From: a virus | IMG/VR virus record: IMGVR_UViG_3300043464_002365 | Location: 1-64,000 of that record | Strand: one strand, 5' to 3' | Length of the DNA stretch: 64,000 nucleotides | In this document: in pieces, positions 41,206-49,330 of the stretch | Position numbering within the stretch: the stretch's first letter is position 1 | How the letters are laid out: every line of letters starts with the position of its first letter | Translations under genes and position numbers: made by a program | The notes under the pieces: model-generated | What the model was told of the DNA's origin: nothing | Databases searched by the model: none | What the model saw: the letters and a program-made list of their open reading frames with translations, nothing else

Positions 41206-41271
41206 TCAGGCTCACTGAGAGTTTTGCTAATTATCAGGATTTCCAATAAACGCCATTTATCAAGAATCCTG

Positions 41272-41439
41272 CTAAAGCCCCTCAAGGGGCTTTTTCTTTG
41301 TCCACGTAGTATCACCAGGCAATGGTTCAGTGGCATATTCAAACGTATCGTAATCTGGTTCATTACGAGGGTCATAAACCTCCCCGCTTGCCATCCATCG
41401 CTTAAGCCTTTCTCTTTCCTGCTCCGCAGAAAGTTTCAT
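41272..41439 (-). CDS. Small hypothetical protein (55 aa, MKLSAEQERERLKRW...)
   Basis: Manual translation; AGGAG Shine-Dalgarno. Confidence 0.55.
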   Translation of the reverse strand: MKLSAEQERERLKRWMASGEVYDPRNEPDYDTFEYATEPLPGDTTWTKKKPLEGL

Positions 41440-41510
41440 AACAATCTCCTAGCCCTTTAAGCATAGGCAAAAGAAAAGGGGCCTTACAGCCCCTTCCCTT
41501 TACATCCTCC

Positions 41511-41617
41511 GATGCCTCTGTCCCTAAAGATACAAGGGAGATGATGCGCCTCGCAGGAGACCATGCAAAAACTCCTTGGCTAAACCATACGGTTTCGCCC
41601 GCATCATCAGAGGCGTC
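41511..41617. ncRNA. Candidate multi-stem structured RNA
   Basis: Nested stems gatgcctctg/cagaggcgtc, gatgatgcg/cgcatcatc, tccct/aggga, aggag/ctcct, aaacc/ggttt. Confidence 0.5.
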
Positions 41618-41784
41618 CACCCTCGCGGCCCGCCCGAAGACGAGAGCAGCAATTAAGCCGCCAGGACCGAATGCTCAAAAATCATAACATGCTTTGTCCG
41701 CTCGGCAGTAACGGCTGATTCCATGGCACAATGGGCATTGCCTTGTCGGAGACGACATGGCCCTCGCTAGTTCTTTCGTACTAA

Positions 41785-42135
41785 TTGATGAAACGATTCC
41801 TTTTCTCTCTCCTGCTGCTATGCCCTATCCAGGCGCAAGCAGCTCTTGAATGTGGCTATGCCTCTCATTACGGCATTGGCGACGGCTACCACGGTCAGCG
41901 TGCTGCTGACGGCTCTCGCTTCGATGCCTACGGTCGCACTGCCGCCCACCCATGGCTTCCATTTGGCACGCAATTGCGTGTGAAGAATCGCAACAATGGG
42001 AAGTCAGTGACGGTGACAGTCACAGACAGAGGCCCATACTACGGAGGCCGCATCTTGGACTTGTCCTACGGCAGCTTCGCTCGCATTGCTTCCCCTTCTC
42101 AAGGCGAAGCGTCCATCTGTATCTCAAGATTATGA
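41785..42135 (+). CDS. RlpA-like (DPBB) lytic transglycosylase with signal peptide
   Basis: ASHYG, TAAHPWLPFGT, VTVTDRGPY and LDLSYGSF motifs. Confidence 0.88.
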   Translation: MMKRFLFSLLLLCPIQAQAALECGYASHYGIGDGYHGQRAADGSRFDAYGRTAAHPWLPFGTQLRVKNRNNGKSVTVTVTDRGPYYGGRILDLSYGSFARIASPSQGEASICISRL

Positions 42136-42297
42136 AAGACGTAGCTTCATTCCTTTTGCTCACCTTCGTCTTTGGGCTTGGTGCCTTTGCCATTGTTGCT
42201 TCTCCCAATGTGATGGCAAACAAAGAAGGCTTGACAAAGTGCATGCAGCTCCATCCTGAGCGCTACTGCCGCATTGCAAATGGCTTTCCCGCAAAGC

Positions 42298-42327
42298 TTG
42301 ACAGCTCTGCTCAGTAGGCTCTACACT
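42298..42327 (+). promoter_or_regulatory. Sigma70 promoter
   Basis: TTGACA-N18-TACACT. Confidence 0.55.
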
Positions 42328-42405
42328 CTCCCTGGATGACGGACGGGGCTTCCTACGCGGGAGCTCTTCTTTCCTCCTTGTTCTTTCGCTGGCGACAGGC
42401 TCCTC

Positions 42406-42684
42406 ATGGACAAAACCTCCCGCATTAAACAGTTCATTTTCAATGCTGGCCACAGCATTGTTTCTGTGGAATTCATCAAGGCTGATGGTTCTGTGCGTAA
42501 GCTTCAATTCAATCCTTGGGACACCAAGGAAATCAAAGGCACGGGCACAGCAGTGAAGAAGCCCAGCATCGTGCGTTGTCGTGATTTCTCCATTGCTCGC
42601 AAAGAAGGAGAAGGCGCTTGGCGCTCGTTTGATTGTGAGCGCGTGACAAGCATCAAAGCCAACGGTCAAACCCTCGTCTTCTGA
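42406..42684 (+). CDS. WYL-like/SH3-fold phage protein
   Basis: VEFIKADGSVR...WRSF motif. Confidence 0.6.
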   Translation: MDKTSRIKQFIFNAGHSIVSVEFIKADGSVRKLQFNPWDTKEIKGTGTAVKKPSIVRCRDFSIARKEGEGAWRSFDCERVTSIKANGQTLVF

Positions 42685-43127
42685 AATAATGCCCCTCTCT
42701 CGTACTCAACAAGCCATTGCCAAAATGGTTTCCAATAATGCTCGCCACAAGTGGCAAGATTACAGTTCTGATGATCGCTCTTCTGCTCGCTCTTTTATTC
42801 TTTCCCGTGCTAGTAAACCCGCTCATAAAGAAAAGAAAGAATTGCTTTTGACGCTTGCAAATGCTTTGCAAGATGACATCTGGAAGGTGCTTTGACCATG
42901 GGAAAGAAACTGTACGTCGTCGAAATTAACTACCAGGCTTATGTCTGGGCCGAAGACGATTGCGAAGCTGAAGATTTTGCCAACGAAATTGTTTCCACCG
43001 AGAAGCCGTCTATCTGGTCTCAAGAAGTGGAAGTAGGCAAAAATCCTTTGTCTTGGCAACAACATTGCCTGGTTTATACCGATGGCCCAGAAATTGAAAT
43101 TAGCAGAATTTTTGCGGGTGACGCTTA

Positions 43128-43319
43128 ATGGGAACAAAGGATAACAGGCGAGCAGTATTTGCCTTGGCAGCAAAATATGACTTTGTTCTCCAGCGTGAAA
43201 AAAATCACTATGTGTTCAAACATCCTTCTGGCAAGATATTTTGCACAAGTAAAAGCACTTTAGACACGCGCTTTTTGAGAAACGTTGAAAGCTTTATTAA
43301 ACGCACTCTTGCTTCCTAG
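43128..43319 (+). CDS. HicA-like protein
   Basis: FVLQREKNHYVFKHPSG...D.R..RN pattern; 63 aa, basic. Confidence 0.55.
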   Translation: MGTKDNRRAVFALAAKYDFVLQREKNHYVFKHPSGKIFCTSKSTLDTRFLRNVESFIKRTLAS

Positions 43320-43330
43320 TCTTCAAAACC

Positions 43331-43702
43331 ATGCTTTCCCTCCTTCTCGCAACTGCACTGCCCGAACTGCCTCCTGTGCAGCAACAAGCTCTCACTAAAG
43401 AAGAAGCGCTCTTGGAGCGCATCATCAAAGAAGGGCAAACTGCCACTGAGCGCAAATTCGGCGACTGCCACTACGCCTGGGGCTCTTGGAAGCTTTCTTC
43501 TGATGGCGTGAGAACCACAACGCGCCAATGCAAAGATGAAAGCGCTCACACGCCAGTGTCAATTGCCGTTAGTTGCCCGCTCTTGAAAGTGAACGTGCTC
43601 CAGGACAAGCAATGGCAGGGCTGGCGTAGTCCAGTGGCAAAAGGCGCAAAACCAGGAGAAGCCAATATGGTGGCTGCTCTCTGCGCCAACGTCACTAACT
43701 AG
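43331..43702 (+). CDS. Secreted/periplasmic hypothetical protein
   Basis: Hydrophobic N-terminus, four Cys. Confidence 0.5.
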   Translation: MLSLLLATALPELPPVQQQALTKEEALLERIIKEGQTATERKFGDCHYAWGSWKLSSDGVRTTTRQCKDESAHTPVSIAVSCPLLKVNVLQDKQWQGWRSPVAKGAKPGEANMVAALCANVTN

Positions 43703-43703
43703 C

Positions 43704-43755
43704 TTTGTAAAGCTTTGTAACAGGCCCCGGAAACGGGGCCTTTCTTCTGTATTGT
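43704..43755 (+). promoter_or_regulatory. HLR1-like repeat, hairpin and -10 box
   Basis: TTTGTAAA-GC-TTTGTAAC, 28 nt, TATTGT. Confidence 0.75.
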
Positions 43756-43774
43756 TCCTAAGTGTTCGGCAGCG

Positions 43775-44292
43775 ATGCCCCTCCAAATGGCAACCATCCC
43801 CACCATCCACCTCAACGGCACCGGCTTCACTACACTGCGAGATGAATACGCCGCTGCTTACGATGCCATCGAAAAGGCAATGGAAACACTTGCTGCAGCC
43901 ACTCTCAATGGGCGCGATTACTATCCGCAGGAACCTGGCGCTTATTACAAGGCTCGCGCTGAGCGTGATGAAGCCCTAGACAAGCTTCGTGATGCCAGTA
44001 TTTACGTTGGCGAAATGCTCGCTGGCATTTGTGACCAGCAACGCTGATTTCTAGACTAGGGGCCATTAGGCCCCTTTTCATGCCTTTCCCCATTGGAACC
44101 CTCGTTGATCTCTACGATTCAGGCTTTAAACAATGGAGAGGCGAATACACAGTGGTGAAGATATATCCTGAAACTGGCTTGCATAAGATCAAAAACACCA
44201 AAACTAATAGTCAGCAATTCGTCAGCGAAGACAAGCTCCGTATGGGCCGGCTCCGGCCTTTTCGCATGGATTGCCTTTATGAAGGTTTGTAA
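43775..44292 (+). CDS. Two small early ORFs (43775-44047, 44080-44292)
   Basis: PTIHLNGT...NGRDYYPQ family; SH3-like second ORF. Confidence 0.55.
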
Positions 44293-44327
44293 CAAGCCTC
44301 GTTGAGCGGGGCATGGTGTTGTATTGT
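44276..44327 (+). promoter_or_regulatory. HLR1-like repeat and -10 box
   Basis: TTTATGAA-GG-TTTGTAAC, 28 nt, TATTGT. Confidence 0.7.
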
Positions 44328-44369
44328 TCTCTGCATGGGCAGCGATGCCCCCTCGTTAAGGAACCAACC

Positions 44370-44750
44370 ATGGCAATCATCAACCACTCCGTCGATCAGC
44401 TCACCGGTCCTGGCTACTGGACTAAGTTCGAGGGGCTTGAGCGAATCAAGATCACTATCACTGTGCCCAACTGGCACGAGCCTTTCCCCACTCAGCAAAG
44501 AGCTGGTGCCGCCAATCCTCGCGAGCTTGAGCTGATTGGCCTGCTGCACGTTTGCCAGAGCTGGTATATCAATGGTCCCGTGATGGATCAATGGACTATT
44601 AGCACGCTCTCTGGCCCCATCAAGGTGCCTGCTGGCACCCGCATTGTTTCTGAGCCTGTGCCTGAGAAATGGGCAGCATGGGAGCAGGAAGCCAGCGAAG
44701 GCACCAAGCAGTGGTGGGCCTATTCCAACGGTCGCACGGCCTTCTGTTAA
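44370..44750 (+). CDS. Hypothetical early protein
   Basis: AAGGA Shine-Dalgarno plus MAIINHS. Confidence 0.55.
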   Translation: MAIINHSVDQLTGPGYWTKFEGLERIKITITVPNWHEPFPTQQRAGAANPRELELIGLLHVCQSWYINGPVMDQWTISTLSGPIKVPAGTRIVSEPVPEKWAAWEQEASEGTKQWWAYSNGRTAFC

Positions 44751-44795
44751 GCATTGTTACAAAGGGGCGGAAACGCCCCGCTTCTTTTCTATTGT
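44743..44795 (+). promoter_or_regulatory. HLR1-like repeat, hairpin and -10 box
   Basis: TCTGTTAA-GC-ATTGTTAC, 29 nt, TATTGT. Confidence 0.7.
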
Positions 44796-44816
44796 TCCTT
44801 TGTTCGCAACCAAACC

Positions 44817-46146
44817 ATGCACCGCACCATCGAAGGCCACAGAGAAGATCCGTATTTGGCCAAGCTTGAAGCTGATCGCCAAGCCCAGCACAGCGGCTAT
44901 GGCGTGCAATCTTATCTGTGTGCTGATGGCTCCATAAAGTGGGAAGCCTATGGATGGGAGCGCATGACTGAATTCCAGCTCCACACCACTTCCTACGGCT
45001 TGTTTGACCACAAATGGCAAGCCGAACAGTATTTCAACTCCATCATCAACGGCTGACCATGAACCCCTCCATTAAACAAGCTTGGACCGAAGCTCTTCGT
45101 TCTGGTGATTATCAGCAAGGCAGAGAAAACCTTTGCAGCAATGGCAAATTCTGCTGCCTTGGTGTGCTGACTGATCTCTATATCAAGGAGACCAACCAGC
45201 AATGGCACCATAATGTTGGTGGTTTCTACAGCTTTGAAACTGAAGGAGGCGTTTTGCCTTTTTCAGTGCAGCAATGGGCAGGACTTGATGCGCCCAATCC
45301 TTACATTACTGGCTTTCATCTCACTTCTTGGAATGATGAAGTTGGCACAAGCTTTGAAGAAATTGCCGATCTAATTGAGGCGCATTTGTGAACAATTCTC
45401 AACTCGCCCTCTCCATCAATCAACGCAACATCTACTTGCATTATTTAGCCCACAAGAAAAAGCATGGAGATGAGCCATGCAAGGCTCCAAAATGTCCTTT
45501 ACAAGGAAACAGACTTGTAGACCATTTGAAGGCAATGGAAAAGCTCGAAGAGCGAGGATTCATTCGCCTTATTCGTCGCTCTGACGATTACCTTTCTTGG
45601 ATCATTGTTTCTCCTTAAAGCCATGCCTTTTCCCGTTTCTTTTGTTTCAGAAGATGAATATGGCGTGCCTTATGCAGCACACACTTTCTCTTCCATTGAA
45701 GAACTCTACGATGAAATTAGAGCTTTAGAAGAGCTGCTTGGTGAAAGCTCTGTTAGCAGGGGCTACATCATTCAAGCTGCCCTAGATCAGCTCAAACAGC
45801 TTGCTCACGAAATCGAAGACGAACCACTCTCCACTTACGACCAATGATCACCACCATCAAAACGCACCAAGACAATGGCCCTTACTTTGATGCCACCAAG
45901 GGCAGTTACCAAGCAGCCACGCTCCAGCAGCTCATCTTTCACATTCGGCTTGCAATGGAGGACAGAGAGCATGTCATTGGCGTGTACGGGCCTGATGGGG
46001 CCTGTAAGGGCATTTGGCAGCTCGACATCGAAGGGCATGTGGACAGCGCAGGCGACAGCATCGTGGACCATGAAGGCTACGAGCTGCTACGCCCTGACAC
46101 TAGGGAGCAATGGATGTGGGGCAGGCTTCAGGAGCAACTAGCCTGA
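44817..46146 (+). CDS. Operon of five small early ORFs
   Basis: Includes the W.EALRSG.Y.QG...FCCLGV family (45059-45391). Confidence 0.55.
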
Positions 46147-46190
46147 TTTAGGAACATCTTTGATGCTTCTTTCCTGAACCCTATTCAGGC

Positions 46191-46242
46191 ATTGTTAAGC
46201 TTTGTGAACCAAGGGCATCCAGGCCCCTTTCTGCTGTATTGT
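46191..46242 (+). promoter_or_regulatory. HLR1-like repeat, hairpin and -10 box
   Basis: ATTGTTAA-GC-TTTGTGAA, 28 nt, TATTGT. Confidence 0.7.
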
Positions 46243-46285
46243 TTTCTTGTTGGGCGAGATCCCGACAGCCCTTTGCTTCCCCACC

Positions 46286-47189
46286 ATGGAATTCCTTGTT
46301 AACGCTGGCGGCCTCCTCATTAAGCACGATGAAGAGCAGCTTCTTTCTCTCATTGCTCAGTTCATCAATGAAGGCAAGCCTGGCTGCGGCTTCTTCATCA
46401 AAGGTGTGGGCTGCATTGCTAAGCACGAAGATGGCCAGATGATGATGGGCCGCACCATTGAAACTGTTAGCCGTCTCTTCAATAAGACCAGCGACGACAT
46501 TATGCACACTGTCAAGCACTGGGCTTCCGAGGCTGCTTGATTAAGCAAGGGGCGCCTAAAGCGCCCCGTTCTCCCCCTATTAAAATCATGCAAGACGCTA
46601 TTAACATTCTCGCCATCAGCAAGAAAGGCAAAAGCCGTATTGGCACCAAGATCACTCTTGGCATTGTTGAGCAGGATCATCACGACAAGCTTTTTGTAGT
46701 GTTTCCTGAACTAAATCAATGTCGATGGATAAAGAAGGATAATGATCCTGATTTTTGCATTATTGGAGATGATTGACCATGGGAACAAATTATTATCTTC
46801 ATGCTCCAAAATGCCTTCATTGCGGCAAAGAAGAAAAGCTCCCTTTACATCTTGGCAAAAGCTCTTATGGCTGGTGTTTCGGCCTCCACGTCTATCCAGA
46901 AAACGCGCTAAATAACTGGCAGGAAATGTGGAGTCATATTGATTATTTAACGCAAGAAAAAGACTATGAAATAAGAGATGAATATGGTGATTTTGTTGAT
47001 AATGGAGAGTTCTTCTCTATCGTCTGGGACAGGAGCGGCAAGCCTGGTAGACTTTTCGACAAGAAATGGCTAAGGGATAACTATGCAGAGATAGGTCCTT
47101 ACGGTCTTGCCAGACATGCTTTACTTGCAGGGCATTGCATAGGCCATGGTAAAGGGCCTTTTGATTACATCATTGGAGAATTCTCTTGA
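46286..47189 (+). CDS. Three small early ORFs
   Basis: Includes the MGTNYY...LHLGKSS.GW.F family (46779-47189). Confidence 0.55.
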
Positions 47190-47536
47190 ACAAAAAGCTT
47201 CGCCAAGCTTTTGAAAGCACCGTCCTTCTTTCTTCGGGCTCCCCATGGGAGCCTTCTTCTTTGCCTTGTTTTGTTATCTCTGCTTGCTGCCCCTACAGTC
47301 TGCCCTTTGACCCTGCCCGTGACTCTGCTCTTCACCACGAAATGAAAGACTGGCTGGAGCTACTAGGCGCATCTCATGAGGAGATCATTGGGCAATCGCC
47401 TGACGGAGCCTGGCAAGAGCCTTGCTGGGCTATTTATGGCATCACAGAAGGCCAAGCGAAGCGCTTGGGCAGGCTGTACCAGCAATGGGCAGTGTTTCGC
47501 TTTGACGAGCAGGGGAGAACAGTATTGGCTTGTTGA
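47186..47536 (+). CDS. DUF3293-like protein
   Basis: ISA..P.S, G.SPDG.W.EP and LGR.YQQ.AVF motifs. Confidence 0.65.
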   Translation: MNKKLRQAFESTVLLSSGSPWEPSSLPCFVISACCPYSLPFDPARDSALHHEMKDWLELLGASHEEIIGQSPDGAWQEPCWAIYGITEGQAKRLGRLYQQWAVFRFDEQGRTVLAC

Positions 47537-47622
47537 AAGCAAAATAATTGTTAGCATGGCGAAACATCGCGAGACTGGCATCTCGTGACGTTTCTAACCA
47601 CTACCAAAGGAGCAGTTTGGCC

Positions 47623-48201
47623 ATGGCTGAACATAAGCATAGCAGCGTGCCTGCAGGGTTTAAGGAGATCCCTGGGTATGACGGACGCTATTTCATTAAT
47701 GAGAAGGGCGACGTGTGGAGCGTAGCCAAATCAAGGCTCATGAGCCCACAGACGGACGCCACTCATCCTTATCCATGGGTGCTACTAATAAAACCCGACA
47801 AGAAAAAGCAGCCAACTACTGTTTATTTTTTAATGCGTCTTACATGGATGCCTCATGCTCCAGGTGAGGTTGGAATAGGGGCCAACAAGTGGTGCATCAA
47901 CCACAAAGACGGAAATAAGCTCAATAGCTCATTGGATAATTTGGAATGGGTGACGAATTCTCAGAATGCTAAGCACGCATGGGAGAATGGATTGCAAGCA
48001 AAAGGTATCGACAAGAAAAACGCTATCTTCACTTCTATTGACGTGACACTAATCCGCTTGCGAGTGAAATACGGAGAAAGTGCCTATTCAGTAGCGAAAG
48101 AATACAATTGCGCTTATGGCACTATCAAGAAAATGTGTCGCTTTGAGAGCTGGAAACATCAAGACGGTAATCTTAACGGACGGATCCGACCAGCATCCTA
48201 A
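47623..48201 (+). CDS. NUMOD4-HNH homing endonuclease
   Basis: FKEIPGYDGRY.I...G.V; INHKDGNKLN...NLEWVT.SQN..HA. Confidence 0.88.
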   Translation: MAEHKHSSVPAGFKEIPGYDGRYFINEKGDVWSVAKSRLMSPQTDATHPYPWVLLIKPDKKKQPTTVYFLMRLTWMPHAPGEVGIGANKWCINHKDGNKLNSSLDNLEWVTNSQNAKHAWENGLQAKGIDKKNAIFTSIDVTLIRLRVKYGESAYSVAKEYNCAYGTIKKMCRFESWKHQDGNLNGRIRPAS

Positions 48202-48202
48202 A

Positions 48203-48307
48203 AGACCCGGCTGGCTCGGTATCAGACCCGGCTGGCTCGGTATCAGACCCGGCTGGCTCGGTATCAGACCCGGCTGGCTCGGTATCAGACCCGGCTGGCT
48301 CGGTATC
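48203..48307 (+). repeat. Five perfect 21-bp tandem repeats
   Basis: AGACCCGGCTGGCTCGGTATC x5. Confidence 0.95.
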
Positions 48308-48510
48308 ACCTTTCTTTTATATAATTTCATCTCATCATCACATCATAACGCTGTCGTTATATGCCTTTATGCGCATATGCCGATATCGTTGTATGCGCAT
48401 AGCCGCATAGTAGTACAGACGTACTATAGTACAAACGTACTAGCCTGAGGCGAGGGCGATTCCCGGTTCTCCGGTGGGGAATGGGGAAAATATACCCTAC
48501 CTGGCAGCCG

Positions 48511-48692
48511 TAAATATAGCCTACTGGTGGCGGCCTTAAGAGAGGCTCACTTGTGACCATGCTAAGAGAGGCTCACTTGTGACCATGCTAAGTGAGGCTC
48601 ACTTGTGGCCGCGCTAAGTGAGGCTCACTTGTGGCCGTGCTAGTTGTCTCCTACTGGTGACGGCCTTAAAAGTAAGCCACTGGTGGCGCGCT
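48511..48692 (+). repeat. Seven 26-bp degenerate tandem repeats
   Basis: For example TAAG(A/T)GAGGCTCACTTGTG(A/G)CC..GC; consensus TAR-N8-YACT. Confidence 0.9.
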
Positions 48693-48772
48693 GATTCTTT
48701 CTGCCTACTGGCGCGATTCTGCCGAGCTTCAGTGAGACCAACTGCTGCGCGTTGCTGTCTGCCGCATGGCCT

Positions 48773-48868
48773 TAGGTGAGCCTCACTGCGCAGCACTAGG
48801 TGAGCCCTACTGTTTAGCGTTAATTGTCTCTCACTGTTTAGCGCTAGTTGAGCCCTACTGTTTAGCCC
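48773..48868 (+). repeat. Four 24-bp degenerate tandem repeats
   Basis: TAGGTGAGCCCTACTGTTTAGCG-type units with the same TAR-N8-YACT core. Confidence 0.85.
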
Positions 48869-49152
48869 TAAGTGTAGATATTTCAATACGTAACGCCGCT
48901 GGCAGTTATGGCGCTTCCAATGGTATGGGCGCTGATTGTTGCGGATTGTTGCAGCAGCGGATTGTCTTGCGGGTTCCGTGATACGCGCGTACGCGCGATC
49001 ATCTTTCTGCTGAGCACTGCGCGCAGTCTCTCCCCATTGATAAGCCTGGCTTTTCATTGCGTCGCGGATCGGGCACTGATAAGCGTACTGGCTAATCTCC
49101 CGCCAAATCAGCGTTGACTGATCGCCCGTGCTTATCGCAGGCGCTTTGCCCC

Positions 49153-49200
49153 TTTGCAAACGCTTGTGGGGCCTGTAGTGTTCCCTCAGAACCTTGAAAA
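49153..49200 (+). promoter_or_regulatory. Sigma70 promoter followed by rrn-type boxA
   Basis: TTGCAA-N16-TAGTGT; GAACCTTGAAAA at 49189-49200. Confidence 0.65.
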
Positions 49201-49235
49201 CCGAAAAGCAACGACATCGAACGCCGCAAGCGTTC

Positions 49236-49292
49236 GCGCGCGGGCCCTTTGTGGTTGCCGTGATGGCGCGGGGTCGACTCCCGCTGTGCGCT
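49236..49292 (+). ncRNA. Mini tRNA-like element
   Basis: 7-bp acceptor-like stem GCGCGCG/UGUGCGC stacked on T-arm GCGGG-GUCGACU-CCCGC. Confidence 0.55.
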
Positions 49293-49330
49293 TTGCCGGC
49301 TTTTGCCGGCCCTTCCCCTCTCTTTTATCT

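Noticed and set aside
41575-41617. Hammerhead ribozyme (CUGAUGA...GAAAC on - strand)
   Set aside because: No credible stem II, and stem I does not close after a cleavage triplet; the alternative long-stem fold explains the sequence better
43704-44761. NtcA sites (GTA-N8-TAC) as the explanation of the promoter motif
   Set aside because: The conserved feature is a 10-bp-period direct repeat, not the palindrome, and spacing to the -10 box is 28-29 nt rather than about 22
48203-48868. CRISPR array
   Set aside because: Repeats are head-to-tail with no unique spacers, and no cas operon is present; the Cas4-like ORF is a typical phage exonuclease
48088-49159. ORFs 48088-48330, 48116-48448 and 48614-49159
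   Set aside because: Products of tandem-repeat translation in a non-coding region
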